Assembly (NCBI GenBank): GCA_013239625.1
Contig: MU056737.1
Location: forward strand, 2,435,846-2,499,845
From: Lama guanicoe
Taxonomy: Eukaryota
Reading direction: 5' to 3'
Length of the DNA: 64,000 nt
Part shown: positions 1-12,960 of the stretch, piece by piece
How positions within the stretch are numbered: the first letter of the stretch is position 1
Layout: each line of letters begins with the position of its first letter
The notes under the pieces: model-generated
Told to the model about the DNA's origin: nothing
Seen by the model: only the letters and a program-made list of their open reading frames with translations
The model's database searches: none
Translations under genes and position numbers: made by a program

Positions 1-340
1 AGTGGGGTGGTGGGCAGTGCCAGCTGCTCCCGGCAACAAACACGGAGAGAGTGTTGCCAGCGGGGGAAGCTCGCCGGAGACTCGGTGTCAGAGTTTTTAT
101 TGGGCGTGGTCGTGTAGACCTGGTTGACCACCTGCCTGCCGACCTTGGTCTCTGGACCCTCCAGAGGGCAAACTGATACCACGTGACCTGAAGGCCCACC
201 CTCGATGGCGTTGTTAACGTAGACAGTCTGGCAGCCCAGCATCGCCAGATAAACAACAATGTTCTTACCAGGCGGGACATCCCGGGGGCTTGAAGACTAT
301 CCCGGGAGCCGAGGCAGACACCAGACTTCTCTTTGGGCAG
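1..340. mobile_element. LTR fragment, MER21-like (ERVL-type), cut off by the window start
   Basis: The segments 'gggaagctcgccggagactcggtgtcagagtttttattggg' and 'ccagacttctctttgggcagg' resemble the recalled MER21 consensus. Confidence 0.55.
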
Positions 341-929
341 GTGGCAGATGAGATGGAGGCATGATTGGGAAGTCTGAGAAACAGGACCTGTCAGAGCTGA
401 GAGCAGGTTCCCTCGTCACAGACGTGAGGAAGGTGACGCCCCCCAGTGAGGGACCCATGACGCAGGCACCTCCTTAGAGGCAGCCCTGCAGTCAGGCCCA
501 GTGGAAGATTTACAAATAATCCAGAGTATTATCAAAATAACCCCACATTCAGGTGCAGATGCCAGGTTATTTAACAAGAGCAGCAAAGATCATGTCTTTG
601 CTCTTGCACGCACCCTTCTCACCTGTAAACTGGAAGTCACAGAAATGCTTGATGAGTGTTTGGTCTTTGGTAAAGGCTTTGATTCAAGCGTTATTTTCAG
701 GGACTCTGTAATTTAAAGTCTGTAATTGCTAACTAGCTAACAAATGATTTTCAGCCCATCTTCTTAAGCCTGGAGTAAAATATTACAAAACTAGGGAGTC
801 TTCTCTAAATCTTCCTCATAGCTGTTCTTCCGTAATGGTGATGGTGGGCCTTGCTGAGGGACTCTGTATCTGCAAAAATAAGTCGATCCAGAACCTAGCT
901 GTGCACAGTGGACTTCTCATCCACCATGC

Positions 930-1330
930 TAACATTAAGATTCCACTGACCAGCAATTCCATTTCTAGTTATCTATGCTTTGGAAGTAATCACATGTGTG
1001 CCAAATTTTATACACAAGCAAGCATGTTCATCACAGCATCATTTATATGTACAAAGACCCTATAGAAAGGGCAGCATTCTACCTGTGTTTGAGAAACGTG
1101 AACATCCCTGGTGGACATTACATTTATGTTTAAGAATTAGACACGATTAAGCTAATCATGTGCCGCTGTGAAAAATTATGTCCAAAAAAGTACTTAGGGA
1201 AATATGCAAATGCTGCTTCTATATTTAGGAAATATTACAACCCAAGCGTAGACAGCTTTGTGCAAATTGTGTGTGTATGTGTGGGTACGTCATGGGCTGA
1301 AAATAATATTAGAAATTAAACTCTTGTTCC
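930..1330 (+). mobile_element. Old L1M/L1ME 3' fragment
   Basis: 'gaccagcaattccatttctagttatctat' and 'atgttcatcacagcatcattt' match the L1 ORF2-end/3'UTR pattern, heavily diverged. Confidence 0.55.
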
Positions 1331-1697
1331 GACGTCTGCTGGGGTTAGGTTTGTAGAGTGGAGCAGAGAAGGGAATACAGGGGCTTCATTCTTCCTGGTT
1401 CTCAGTTTTTCTGTGGGGTGGGAGCTGCTGAGCTGGTGCCCCTGTGCTGGTTAAGGGTAAGCCCCAAAGCGTGGAAACGCAAGGTGGGCTGCGAGCCGAG
1501 GAGGTTCGGGAGCTACGTTTCTTTTGACAATAAGGTGAAGTGAGTTGAGTTTCCTGGAGCCTCCAAAAGGAGGGGTCCGAAGATGAGAGGGGCAGTGACT
1601 AGATGCTGAGTGCATGAGGGGCCAGAGAATGAAGACGAGGAGTGGGAAAGACAGTCCAGAGAAAGCTCTGCTGAGCAGACAGCCAAGGACGTTGCTT

Positions 1698-2298
1698 CTT
1701 TATTGTGATTGATACACAGTGTCGTGTTAGCGTCCGGTATAGAGCAAAGTGATTCAGTGACACACACACAGACACACACACACACACACATTCTTTTTTA
1801 TTTTCTTTTTCATTATAGAGTATTGCAAGATACTGGGTATAGTTCCCTGTACTCTACAGTAAGACCTTGTTGTTTACTTTATTTATAGCAGTTAGTATCT
1901 GCTAGTCCCAAACTCCTGATTTATCCCTCCCGCTGCCCACTTTCCCCTTTGGTAACTATAGTTTGTTTTCTACATCTATCAGTTTCTTTCTGTTTTGTAA
2001 ATAAGTTTGTATGTATCATTTTTTTAGATTCCACATATAAGTGATATCATATGGTATTTGTTTTTCTCTTTCTGGCTTACTTTACTTACTATGATANNNN
2101 NNNNNNNNNNNNNNNNNNNNNNNNNNNNNNNNNNNNNNNNNNNNNNNNNNNNNNNNNNNNNNNNNNNNNNNNNNNNNNNNNNNNNNNNNNNNNNNNNNNN
2201 NNNNNNNNNNNNNNNNNNNNNNNNNNNNNNNNNNNNNNNNNNNNNNNNNNNNNNNNNNNNNNNNNNNNNNNNNNNCGCATGTATCTTTTCGAATTAGA
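1698..2298 (-). mobile_element. Young L1 3' end, with an internal (CA)n at about 1759-1790 and an assembly gap at 2097-2275
   Basis: 'atagttccctgtactctacagtaagaccttgttg...ttagattccacatataagtgatatcatatggtatttg' is colinear with the L1 copies at 13.3, 17.0 and 35.7 kb. Confidence 0.9.
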
Positions 2299-5200
2299 CT
2301 GTTAAGTGGAGGCCGACTAACGTTAAATTTTAAGTTTGTGTCTTCAGGATAAATTTTTCTAAGGACTCAGCCTTCGATGACGCGTGCTCTCTCCCCATTA
2401 GCCTTGTTGAGAAATTTCGGGGGCATCAAGGAGAGAGCAGCATTCTGCCTTATGTTTGAGGGAAGTGACCATCCATGGTCAATGAGTTGTGGGGACATGG
2501 GCACTGAGCCAGAAGGGGCCACGAAAAACTGGGAATTTGGCTGTAAGCATGTCAGACTTCCTGCGGAGTTGGGCCAGGTGGCAAACTCCTGCTTTACATC
2601 TCAGAAGGGAGGGTGGCTTCACCTAGTATGTAGGTAATACAATTCACGTAACACCTACACACAGCACCTCTGAAAAAGACTCGAGAGATATATCCATTTT
2701 TGTCAGTGTCTGTCTCTCAGTGTTAAAAGAAGCAGTGTTTAATTGTTTTCCTGTGACTTTTCCTTCCTTTTGAAATTGGGGGACAGGCACGTCAGGGCTT
2801 TTTCTCCAGGTGGTGGAGGCTTTTCACTGAATCCTTCCTTGTGTTATGCAGACGACGTCCGTTCCTGGCTTTATAGACTTGGATAGAGCATTTGCAGATC
2901 CAGGATCTTACATATTTGCAACAGCTCTGTTCCCCTTTGTTGACACACACTGTGCACACAGCATCCTCTCTCACAATTCAGTGGAAAGTGGGGGCAGTGA
3001 ACGCAGGAAAGAGGGGCGGAGGCTGTGTTCAATGCTGCTCTGGTGTGGTTCTGGAAATCTCATCGGAGCTTGGGTGGGGGGCGCATGCTACTGTTGATAA
3101 CTTCGCTCAGATGAAACTGGAATCGCTCTTGGCAGTTCGGGGACAGAAGAGAATAACTCCAGTGTCACTCAGCAAACCTCAAGCCAAAGCAGACAGTTTC
3201 CTTACCTTAGAGACTGGAGATGTGAGGAAGTAGGTGACATCTCGGAGGGAAAAAGAACGAGCCTGGTCGGTGTCTAGGTAGGAGAAACCGTCTGTCAGAA
3301 TGGGCCGCAAACAGCTGCCCAGCGTGTGTCCAAACACGGTGCTGGGGGGCCATCTAGACGGCATTATTCCTGCCTCCTCGTGTGGCCGCGGGCTCTGCTC
3401 TCAACGTCCCCGGGCTTCCTGCATCCGCACACGCATCCCTGTCTGCTCTCGTCGCCTGTCTGCTCTGCGCCCTTCCTGCTGGACCAGAAGTGATGTCGGG
3501 GTGGAGGGCACCTGCCCGCCCGTAATCCATAGCACGTCTCACAGTAGGGTTCACAGAAGAGCGCCAGCCAGTGCGCCTGCGAGGAGGAATGGCTGAAGCC
3601 ACGTACATTAAGTAGCCAAGTGAAGAATGTTTTGTTTTCACATATCATGGGGCGAGGGAGAGCGGAGCCCAGTGGAGACAGAAGCCGTAGCTAATTCTCC
3701 ACCCCTTTGACTTGGGAAATATTTGGGGGAGGCGAGATTTACGAGCTTATGCTGAGGTCTGGAGGATAGCGGAGTTACCTTTTCTGTAGCTGTTTGGAGG
3801 ATGGATGTTTTCATCAGAGATACTAATTCAGGCCCCTTGGTCCCAGATGGAAACCTTGTGTCTGTCGTTTGAAATATAGTCTCATCAAATATACTCTCAT
3901 GTATATACACTCTTCTCATGAAATGCACTCTCATCAAAGTGAATAATGGAAAGCCCCTAGACCTAGATTCTGACCATGATTCAGCCCCCAGCTTGGATGC
4001 TCACCGGCTGAGGGAGGAGCTGAGATGTCTGGAGCGCAGTAGCTGCTCAGGAAATGCCCGTAGAAATAGCTCGCACCATGCGGGGACATTGTGCAGAATC
4101 GCAGAGTTATGTGTGGTCCTTACGTTCACTCCAAGCCTATTTCTGCCACTAAGTGTTTCTTTAAACTTGTGTTTGTTACTTCAGGTTTCCCATGCTAGGA
4201 AATCCTATTCTTGAAGTTGAATGATTATTTCATCTTTTTTTCAATACTTAAACATAGAAAATATGCAGGAATCTGTGACACAGAAAGGAGGTGTGAGAAC
4301 TGCACGAGGGGACAGTGGTGGCACCAGGGACGACGCCACGCGTGGGCTGTGGAGCACGGCCACGCTCACCGCCTGGGGGAGATGCTCTAGGTGTTGGTTG
4401 GGACACTTCTGTTCCGGCGTCTCCCCGCAGAGGCGGGTGCAAGACACGTGCTCCTCCCACCAGTGCGGGGAGATCCTACACTGCGGCTCAGCGTATCAAA
4501 TGAGAGTGTCCCTTAGGGAAAAAATCTCCCAGCGCCACCCACCTGAGCTGTGACTGGTTATCATTTCACCCAGCAGACAGCGATACTTTGCCACTTATGG
4601 GGTGTATAAATGACCACTGAGATGGTTTGTGGGACACAGCACATGTCGTTAACCTGTCAACAGTGTGTGGATACAGGGTGTGAACCATGACACTCAGAAT
4701 CCACGCAGCACCCGTGGTGGGAAATGCTCCACATCTTAGATAAACAATTACTGTAGTCGATTAAGGATCCAAAGTCAATCCAGGAGGCTGCGGAGCTGGA
4801 ATTAGGTCTCGTAATCCAAGCACAGCGTGTTGACACTTGCAGCGGTCTGGGCGCTCCGGCCACACTGCAGCTTGAAGGTTGCAGGCTACCCTGAAAGCGG
4901 TCCGTGTTTTGTATTCTGATTGGCAATTTTTTAAGTATTTATGGAAAAGGACCAATCGGCCTGTTAATGAGATGCATGCAGCTTATGGTGCTGATGGCTC
5001 TTAGTGAGGTGCTGTGTGGGGTGTAATAAAACATAATGTGGGACTTTTTTCCCTCAGATGGCTTGGACAGAGAGCTCATACATGTGTGTCCATGTAAGGG
5101 AGCCAGTAGTACAAAACGTCAGTAGTGTCGGGCCTCGGAGTCCCCTCCGGCCCAGCCCCGTCAGTGGTAGGAGTCAGAGTGGCACCTGGCAGATGAGAAG

Positions 5201-7149
5201 TGTCTTGAGGTGACAGAGCAGCAGAGCTGGGCTGGGAGCCTTTCTGGTTCTGCCCTTGTAGCTTTGGCGTCAAGCGTGGGGAGAGGGGAGAGCACCAGAC
5301 CCACCGCTGCCCGGGGCAGGAGCGCCGCTGAGGGCGCTGGCCGTCTGGGCTCCTCGGCGCAGCGTGGGGTCCCCTGCCCAGAAACACAGGCTCGTGGGGG
5401 TGACAGGGATCTCCAAGGGCTGCTGAGTGCAGCGCCCACCCCACCCTTTGGAGTACAGTTCAACTTGCATGTGAGTCAAAGTGGATGCCACACTCGTTAG
5501 AGGGCTGGAAAACACAGGAGAGTCAGGGACTGTGGCCCCGGAGAGCCCGGAGAGGATTCTGAGAAGGGGAAAGGAGGTGGGAGGCTGGTGACTGAAGGTG
5601 CGGTGCTGTCGGAGGCGGAAGGCGGGAACACCCCGCGGAGTGCCAGGCATGCTCTGCCCACTGGGTCTGACCTCCTTCAGGGAAGTCGCAGCTGGAAGGG
5701 GTATCAGAAGGCGGGGAGTGCCCGGTGGGCACCCGGCGGTGTTTACTGGGGAGTCAGGACCGGAGGAACCAGGGTAGAGGAGCAGCAGCACTGAAGTGTG
5801 AGTGCCTCAAGTGTCTTTTCCCAACGTCCTAGGTGTAAACAGATCGATCACTCCTGATCCCTGGTTCCTCAACTGTCCTTGTTTCAAAGTCGAACCTGAG
5901 CGACCTCTCGCAGGGGCAGAGGAGGGGCAATTGGCCGTCAGTGATGTCAGACTGTGCAGCTGGGTCCCTGATTCTAGCCTCCCATCAATGGGATCCTGGT
6001 TCATGCAGATCAGACTCACACAGGTCTGCACATCCTTCCTCGGTCCTCTCCCAAAGCATTCCTGCTCTTTTTGCAAACATAAGGTAAACCCAGACATTTT
6101 CATGTCAAACCATTGAGGTGTTTTCAGTATTGTAAGAAGAGGAAAAACAAATGTCAGTTCTTTAATGATGATGGCATGTGTCCCAAATCTGAGCTTTTAG
6201 AAAGAATCATCTGGAATCTAGACTTGTTGCTGGGGTGCTGGCCACACAGCAGCCCAGTCTCAGAGGCTTATGATGACGTAGATCGGGATCTGGCTCTGCC
6301 TGGGGCTGGGGGTGCCCTCTCTGTACCTCCTACCCACGAAAACACCCAGGACGCACCAGATTTCTTCCCAGGCAGGGCTCATCAAAACCTGCGCTCAGGA
6401 AGGGATCCAATGAAACCATCCCCCAAAAGCTAAAAGATGGAGGAAGCCCCCTTTCAGCAGCGCTAGCATTTCCGCATTTCCGTGGGGACAGAGGCAATGC
6501 CCGGGGAGGAAGGAGGTGCGTGTAGTGTTAAGCACCAGAGGCGAGGTGGCTCTCTGGGAGCCCCGGGAGGATCTGCTGTCTGGGGACTCTCGTCTGGAAC
6601 CCCTGAGATGGTGCCACAATGGACCCAGACCCCTCGCTCTGGACCGGGCGTCGGAGTCTGGGCGGCTCTTCACTGACAAATTTCTAAGTGCATGTTTGTC
6701 TTGCTTTCTGCAAGGTATTTTCCAAGTGGCATTTTGCTGCTTTTTAGCCTGGACTCAAATTATCTTCTTCAGCAGATGAGATTGTTTGCCAAGATGTCAC
6801 AGAGAGAGGCGGATGACAAGCTAGAAGTCACTCACGTTTTCTCAAAGGGCTCTGGAAGCGCCGTTCATTCAGACAGAACTAGCACCCGAAACCTGGCTCC
6901 CCAGCAGGCGGGAGAAGCTGGTTTCTGGGAACCCTGACGTCCCCGCGCCCCTCTGATGCGTTACCTGACCCTGGCCTGTCTCAAACATGCGGAGGATGCC
7001 GTGGTCTGAGAGGCGGCTTCTCGTTACGAAGGCGAATCTCTGTGGGACAAAGAAAACTCTGCAAAGCACCAGGGAAGAAGTGGACTCAGAACAGCCTAGA
7101 TGGGACTCATGCTTCTGAGAAATGAACTTGTGGACGCACACGGTGCACT

Positions 7150-7750
7150 GAAAGTGGCAACCCCCTACAGCAGCCCCGGGCGAAAGAGACAAGGCGCGAG
7201 GGACCGGACTGAGTGGAAGAGGCGGGGCCCGCGGGGCCAGGGCGGAGCCGTGCCGGTGCGAGGGCGCGTCTGGAGCGCGTGCGCCCGGACCCGCCGCGCG
7301 GTTTCGCCGTCGGCGTCAGACCGGCGNNNNNNNNNNNNNNNNNNNNNNNNNNNNNNNNNNNNNNNNNNNNNNNNNNNNNNNNNNNNNNNNNNNNTGCCTC
7401 GCGCCTGCCTTTTTTCCCCCTTTTTTCTTCTGAACGTGCTCTGAAAGCAGACGCTCGGGCCTGTCCGGCCGCAGCCCGCCCGTGCTGGCCCCCTCCTCCC
7501 CGAGCGCCGCCGCGCCGCCCCGGCTCGCGCGGGTCACCGGGCGTCAGAGCGGCGTTTCAGCCCCGGTCCCTACCCTTGCCCCGGCGGGGTCGGCGCTCGG
7601 CGGCCCCTGCCCACGGGCTGAACACGCAGGGCCTGGGTGGGAAAACGCGATTCGGTCACACAGGCTGCCGCCTTTTCTCCTTCGAGACGTGCCCAGCGGC
7701 GCGCGTTGCGCACTGAAGATGCTCTGAATTCAGGATTTACACGGAAAGAA
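7150..7750. promoter_or_regulatory. CpG island, probable main promoter of an unidentified gene
   Basis: Very high GC and CpG density. GC boxes 'gaggcggggc' and 'gggcggagc' lie near 7220-7250. There is no repeat similarity, and the N-gap at 7327-7394 falls in the core. Confidence 0.8.
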
Positions 7751-8311
7751 GGGAGGGTCGGGCGACACAGGTGACAGGGAGCTGGGGCAGTAGGGCAGGG
7801 GTGCCGGCTGATTTATTTTAATACGGTGGTTTGGTTGGTGGGAACGCGGAGTGGGGAAGGGTGATGGCTGACCGCCTGTCCCGTGGGGCGGGGGCTTTGC
7901 AGCGCTGTGTGGAACTCATGTTTACTGAGTGGCTTCTCACAGAGCTCCCACAGGCTAGAAAAGCCTCACTTCCCAAGTTCCCAAGAAGCTTCTTGCCGTC
8001 AGTGGGCATGTTCTGCGTAACAGTCCATTTGAGTTCAGCAAGTTTGTCAAGCAATTAATACGAATAGATCATTGAAAACTCAGTCCCCGTCCAATGAATG
8101 GTTGCTTTGACACACCTTTCTTTGGGTGTATTTTTCACCGCAGTAGATTAGGACCTTTGCATCTGGTGAGTGACAGTGGAAGCAGCCGATCTTGTACAAA
8201 GGAGGGGTGCTTTAGTTCCTTGGGATGCACCTGGTCCAACTGCCCGGCTCCGATGTGGTCAGCGACTCAATGTGGTTGACTGTGGTTGGGAAGCACCACA
8301 TCAGAGTTAAT

Positions 8312-8442
8312 TTAGAACACAACCTTGTGGCTGCCAAGGGGTGGGGGGTGGGAAGGGACAGACTGGGAATTCAAAATGTGTAGTGCTCTACACTGGAATC
8401 TGACACAACATTGTAAAATGACTATAACCCAATAAAAAAAAA
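8312..8442 (+). mobile_element. Short L1 3' end with internal deletion and A tail
   Basis: 'cttgtggctgccaagggg...gggaagggacagactgggaattcaaaat' is joined to 'acactggaatctgacacaacattgtaaaatgactataacccaataaaaaaaa'. Both pieces match the copy at 22228-22603. Confidence 0.85.
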
Positions 8443-9402
8443 GATTGATATGCAGAGATCCCATGCTAGGTCTGGCATTTTTAAAAGGACGTACTATAGA
8501 TTTTAATTCATCGGTTTTAGATAGAGAGTTGCAAAAGGAAAGCCTTAAAGCCTTGATGAGACAGCACTGATACTCCGTAATCACTAACGTTATTTGTATA
8601 CTGTGAACGATTGCAGTGAGCAGTTGAACAAGGAAATGAATCAGGAACCCCCAACACTTCCCAGCCAGCTCCGCCTGCAGATGCCTGCTTGGCCACTTCA
8701 GTTCTCTCCTTCTCTGGCTCCTGACGTGCTGTCACAGAGCCAGCTTGCAGAGATGTCCTCAGTTCTCTCAACCTTCCTCCAGGTCTCCTGGCTGTGATGA
8801 AAAATTTGTCCCTCTGACTTTAATGCAGTATATTTTCTGGTATTTTAAACATTGGAGATCCAAACTGCTGATCGTGGAATCTCTTTGTTTAAAACTGTGT
8901 TTAAAAAATATTTCCTTTGATTGTCCTGGTGTATCACATAGCAGACACCGGCTAGTTCACAAAGTGTTCTACCTGCATTATCTCAGTGAATCCCACGACC
9001 GTCTTCATCACTGTGATCACACGCACTTCACCGTGGAGAATAGTGGTGCTTAAGCAGTTCACGTTTCTTGCTCGGGGTGGCAGACGTGGTCCCGAAACCT
9101 CCCCTGCAGAGGTGGTTCCGCTCTGCGTAGCTGAGGGCACGTGGATAACTTTTTGAAGAACACTTCCCTTAAGGCTTCCTCTCCTTCTGATGTTCGGACT
9201 CCTCTCAACTTCTTCTTACATGAACATGCAGGTCTCATTCTCTGATGAACTAATCTATGGCTGTCAGCCTAGACACTCATGTTTTAAGCAATGTTATTAC
9301 TCATAATAAATGACACTAAAATATCATTCAATCCAATGCTAGTAAATTACTCCATCTTCCTTTTGGTATTTAGAAGACACACAAAAAACATGTTTATGAA
9401 AT

Positions 9403-10185
9403 ACATTTAAGTCTTTAAGCCATTTTGAGTTTGTTTTTGTGTCTGGTGTGAGGGAGTGTTCCGAACTCATTGATTTACACGCACCTGTCCAGCTTTCCCA
9501 ACACCACACGCTGAAGAGACTGTCTTTTCTCCACTGTATATTCTTGCCTCCTCTGTCGAAGATTAATTGACTGTAAGGCTCTCTATTCTGTTCCATTGAA
9601 TCATGTCTGTTTTTGTGCCAATACCTCACTGTTTTGATGACTGTAGCTCTGTAGTGTTGTCTGAAGTCTGGGAGGGTTATTCCTCCAGCTTCATTCTTTT
9701 TCTTCAGTAATGCTTTGGCAATTCTGAGTCTTTTGTGATTCCATCTAAATTTTGGGTTTATTTGTTCTAGTTCTGTGAGAAATNNNNNNNNNNNNNNNNN
9801 NNNNNNNNNNNNNNNNNNNNNNNNNNNNNNNNNNNNNNNNNNNNNNNNNNNNNNNNNNNNNNNNNNNNNNNNNNNNNNNNNNNNNNNNNNNNNNNNNNNN
9901 NNNNNNNNNNNNATTTCCTTAATCAGTGTTTTATAGTTCTCTGCAGGTAAGTCTTTCCCCTCCTTGATCGGGTTTATTTCTGAGTTTTTTTTTTTTTTGA
10001 TGTGATTTTAAAAGATGCTTTTTTACTTTCCTCTTCTGATATTTCAGTATTAGTGTAACGAAATGCAACAGATTTCTGTCTGTTTGTCTTGTATCCAGCT
10101 ACCTTGCCGAATTTATCAGGTCTCTTAGTTTTTATGTGGAGTCTGCAGGGTTTTCTATATGTAGTCATCTGCATATTTGTCATAT
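9403..10185 (-). mobile_element. L1 ORF2 internal fragment, degraded, with a gap at 9784-9912
   Basis: The minus-strand peptides YWHKNRH...[29 protein letters not shown]...KWLKDLNV and FGKVAGYKTNRQKSVAFRYTN are L1 ORF2p motifs downstream of the RT domain. Confidence 0.92.
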
Positions 10186-12829
10186 AGAGGTTTTAAATGA
10201 TGGGCTAACACAGTGAAGGTGTTCTAAGAGTCTTTACCTAGCTTTCGTTGGAGGCCGGACGCCCCCATCAGTTCAGAGGATGGTCTCTGGCTCTGTCCAG
10301 AGACCTTGTGGGTGGCTGCGGTCCAGACAGGGGAGGGAGTGATCTAGGATGCAGGAGAATGAACCGTTGTGAGCTTCCATTTCTTTAGGTTTTAGAAATG
10401 AAACCCATAATTGAAAGTGCCTTGCTGACACTCTCTTTCAAAGATCTGATGGGAAAAGCCAGAGGCGGGTAGACTAGAAAGAGGCCATTCATCCCGGGGC
10501 CAGGGTCCANNNNNNNNNNNNNNNNNNNNNNNNNNNNNNNNNNNNNNNNNNNNNNNNNNNNNNNNNNNNNNNNNNNNNNNNNNNNNNNNNNNNNNNNNNN
10601 NNNNNNNNNNNNNNNNNNNNNNNNNNNNNNNNNNNNNNNNNNNNNNNNNNNNNNNNNNNNNNNNNNNTGTTCTTTCCCGGAAGCAGTGTTGTCCCTTTGA
10701 AGTAGCAAAAAGTCCTACGTCTTATTCCATTTCTTTTACCTTATGTTTAGTCTTGAAGCGTGTATGTTTGCCTTTTCCCCTCGATGGCACGTAATTGCGT
10801 TCATTTCCATCTTCCAGGCGTGGCTGCTCCTCGGTCGCCTTCTCCTACAGTCTAAATGTATGAGAACAGTTTTGAATTAAAAAGGCAATGACTTTAGAAC
10901 CAATTACAGAAAACATTTCAGGACAACGGGGCGCACTTACTCGAGTCCCTGGGGGCAGAGGTTGTTGCGTGGGAAATGGGGGGTGGGGGTTGCTCACCTA
11001 CATTGGGGGTGTGCCTTGGGTCCTTTGGGGTTGGAGTCGTACCAGAACCTGAATCCTCTGCATTCTTGTTAGCATCTAGAAACACAGAGTTAAGAATTGG
11101 TTCATCCTTAGAACTGATGAAGAAAGACATTACAGCCGGGATGGGTGGAGGCAGGTTCTCCATGTGGCGAATGGCCTGGGTCCGGCATCAGGACCAGGTG
11201 GCTGGTCGGCAGAGCCTGAGAGACAGCTTGGTCGGCAACCCCAGAAGATCCAAAGGACCTGGATGGTATCAAGAGACGGTGTGGAGAGGGAGGCCCCTGA
11301 GTCCACGCCCGCGCGAGCCTGTGATTAGGAGGAGGAGGGCGGGCCTCAGGGTTGCTTCAGGGCTGGGGTGGGGCCGGATGGAGAGGCAGCACTGAGGTCC
11401 TCACGCTTCCAGAGGATCTAGGAGGGAGGACGTGATGTCGGCGGATTCTCCCAGCCTGCCTGTCTCAGGGCAGAGCAGCTGGTTTGCAAAAGCAGCATCA
11501 GAAGGTCCTCCTGAGACTTGGCCTTGTCTGCCCCGAGGTGGCTCTGACCCTTGGAGGATTCCCCCACCACAGACACAGGAAGGGCTTTAGGAACAGCCGA
11601 AAGATTCCTCACTTTAAGGACTGTTTTCCTGGAGGCAACTCAGTCGATCTGGAGTTGACAGATCTGTCGATGTTTCTTAGAGAAATTGATGTGGATGCCC
11701 AACGGCTTCTGTTCCTTTCAGTCGAGGGCCACATGCTGAGCGCTTTAACTGGAGGGGACATACAGGAGTGAGTTCGCTTCTTTCCTTCCAAACGTGAGAC
11801 CAAGAGGACAGCAGAGCCACCATCCACTTCTTAAAAGTTGAAGGCAGTAGACTTCAGTGTTGTTACTGGTGTAGAAACGGCAACCCGGTCATTGCTGGAG
11901 GCTTAGGCAAGCTGGGCACTGGCATGGTCACTGTGCTGATAATAGGGTAGCAGTGATTCACTGGTAATGGGGCAGAGGGCGCTGAGCAGCAGCGCAGGAG
12001 GGGCTTTACTTGGGGTGTTCAGAACTCCCGTTGCTGCTGAGACACACTGGATGGCGGGGCTTTGCTGAAAGTGACTTAAGGTATGTTTGCATCAGGGTGA
12101 AGGGAATGTCAGTTGTTAAAGTGAAACAGGTGGGATGCCCTGGCGAGAGGAAGTACTGCCTGAGCGCGAGGCCTCGTGTCCCGGCTCCGTTAGGGCATCA
12201 CCACCCGCGTGCTTGCAGCACAGACAGCGCGTGCAGATTCCCCGAGGGCTCCAAGCCAATCTCCCGGCACAGGCATCTTCAGGGACGTCTTCCGTCCACG
12301 GCCCTGAAACTGACAGCCGATCGTGCGTTGCTTTTGAGACAATGCGAGTCTCAACCAGCTCTGTCACTCAGTGTCAAGTCTGAGTCACACCAACGTACGT
12401 GTGAGGTTGTCTCCCGTGCCGGCGGACCTGACCCCGCTGGGAAGGGTTGATAAATGAGTCACCCGGTTTCACTTTTCTAACGTCTTTAAAGGCATCATGA
12501 CGTGGGAGGAGACGAGACTGATGGAGGCAGGTGGGAGGGACACTGCTCTGTCAGTGGCCCCATCGGCCCTTCTTCCTTAAGGCCAGTTACACGAAGGCGC
12601 CTTCCCGTGCAAACTAGGCTTCTCCAGCCACGGCCCCGCGTCAGTTTTCTGATGTCCACCTTTGATGTGCTTTGTCTCAACAACACACGGAGTTCGTAAG
12701 TGCCTCAGGTTCATCTCCTGGGAGTGAAAGGTTTTGAGAGGAGCGCTGCTACCGGCTAGACTGTGTGGAATACGGGTCAAGGAGTCTTGAGAGAATCATC
12801 TGCGGTCACACCCAGCTTGGGGACCGAGT

Positions 12830-12960
12830 GTCTGCATGCCTCTGCCTGATTATCGGCACCTCTGTATCACTTTTTCCTCTTTTGTAAAAGATGAGTAATA
12901 ACCCCAAAGGGCTCTTGTAGGGATTCAAGGAGAGAATGTGGTTCAAGTGCTTAGTAATCA
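12830..12960. mobile_element. MIR SINE fragment
   Basis: 'cctctgtatcactttttcctcttttgtaaaagatgagtaataa...cttgtagggattcaaggagagaatg...aagtgcttag' matches the MIR core. Confidence 0.65.

Noticed and set aside
5041-5100. Possible short exon (ctttttccctcag|ATGG...CAT|gtaagg)
   Set aside because: Splice-like words only, upstream of the presumed promoter, and compatible with chance.
10800-10863. Possible 40-nt exon (ttccag|10818-10857|gtatga)
   Set aside because: The donor is moderate, there is no clear branch point, and nothing else supports it.
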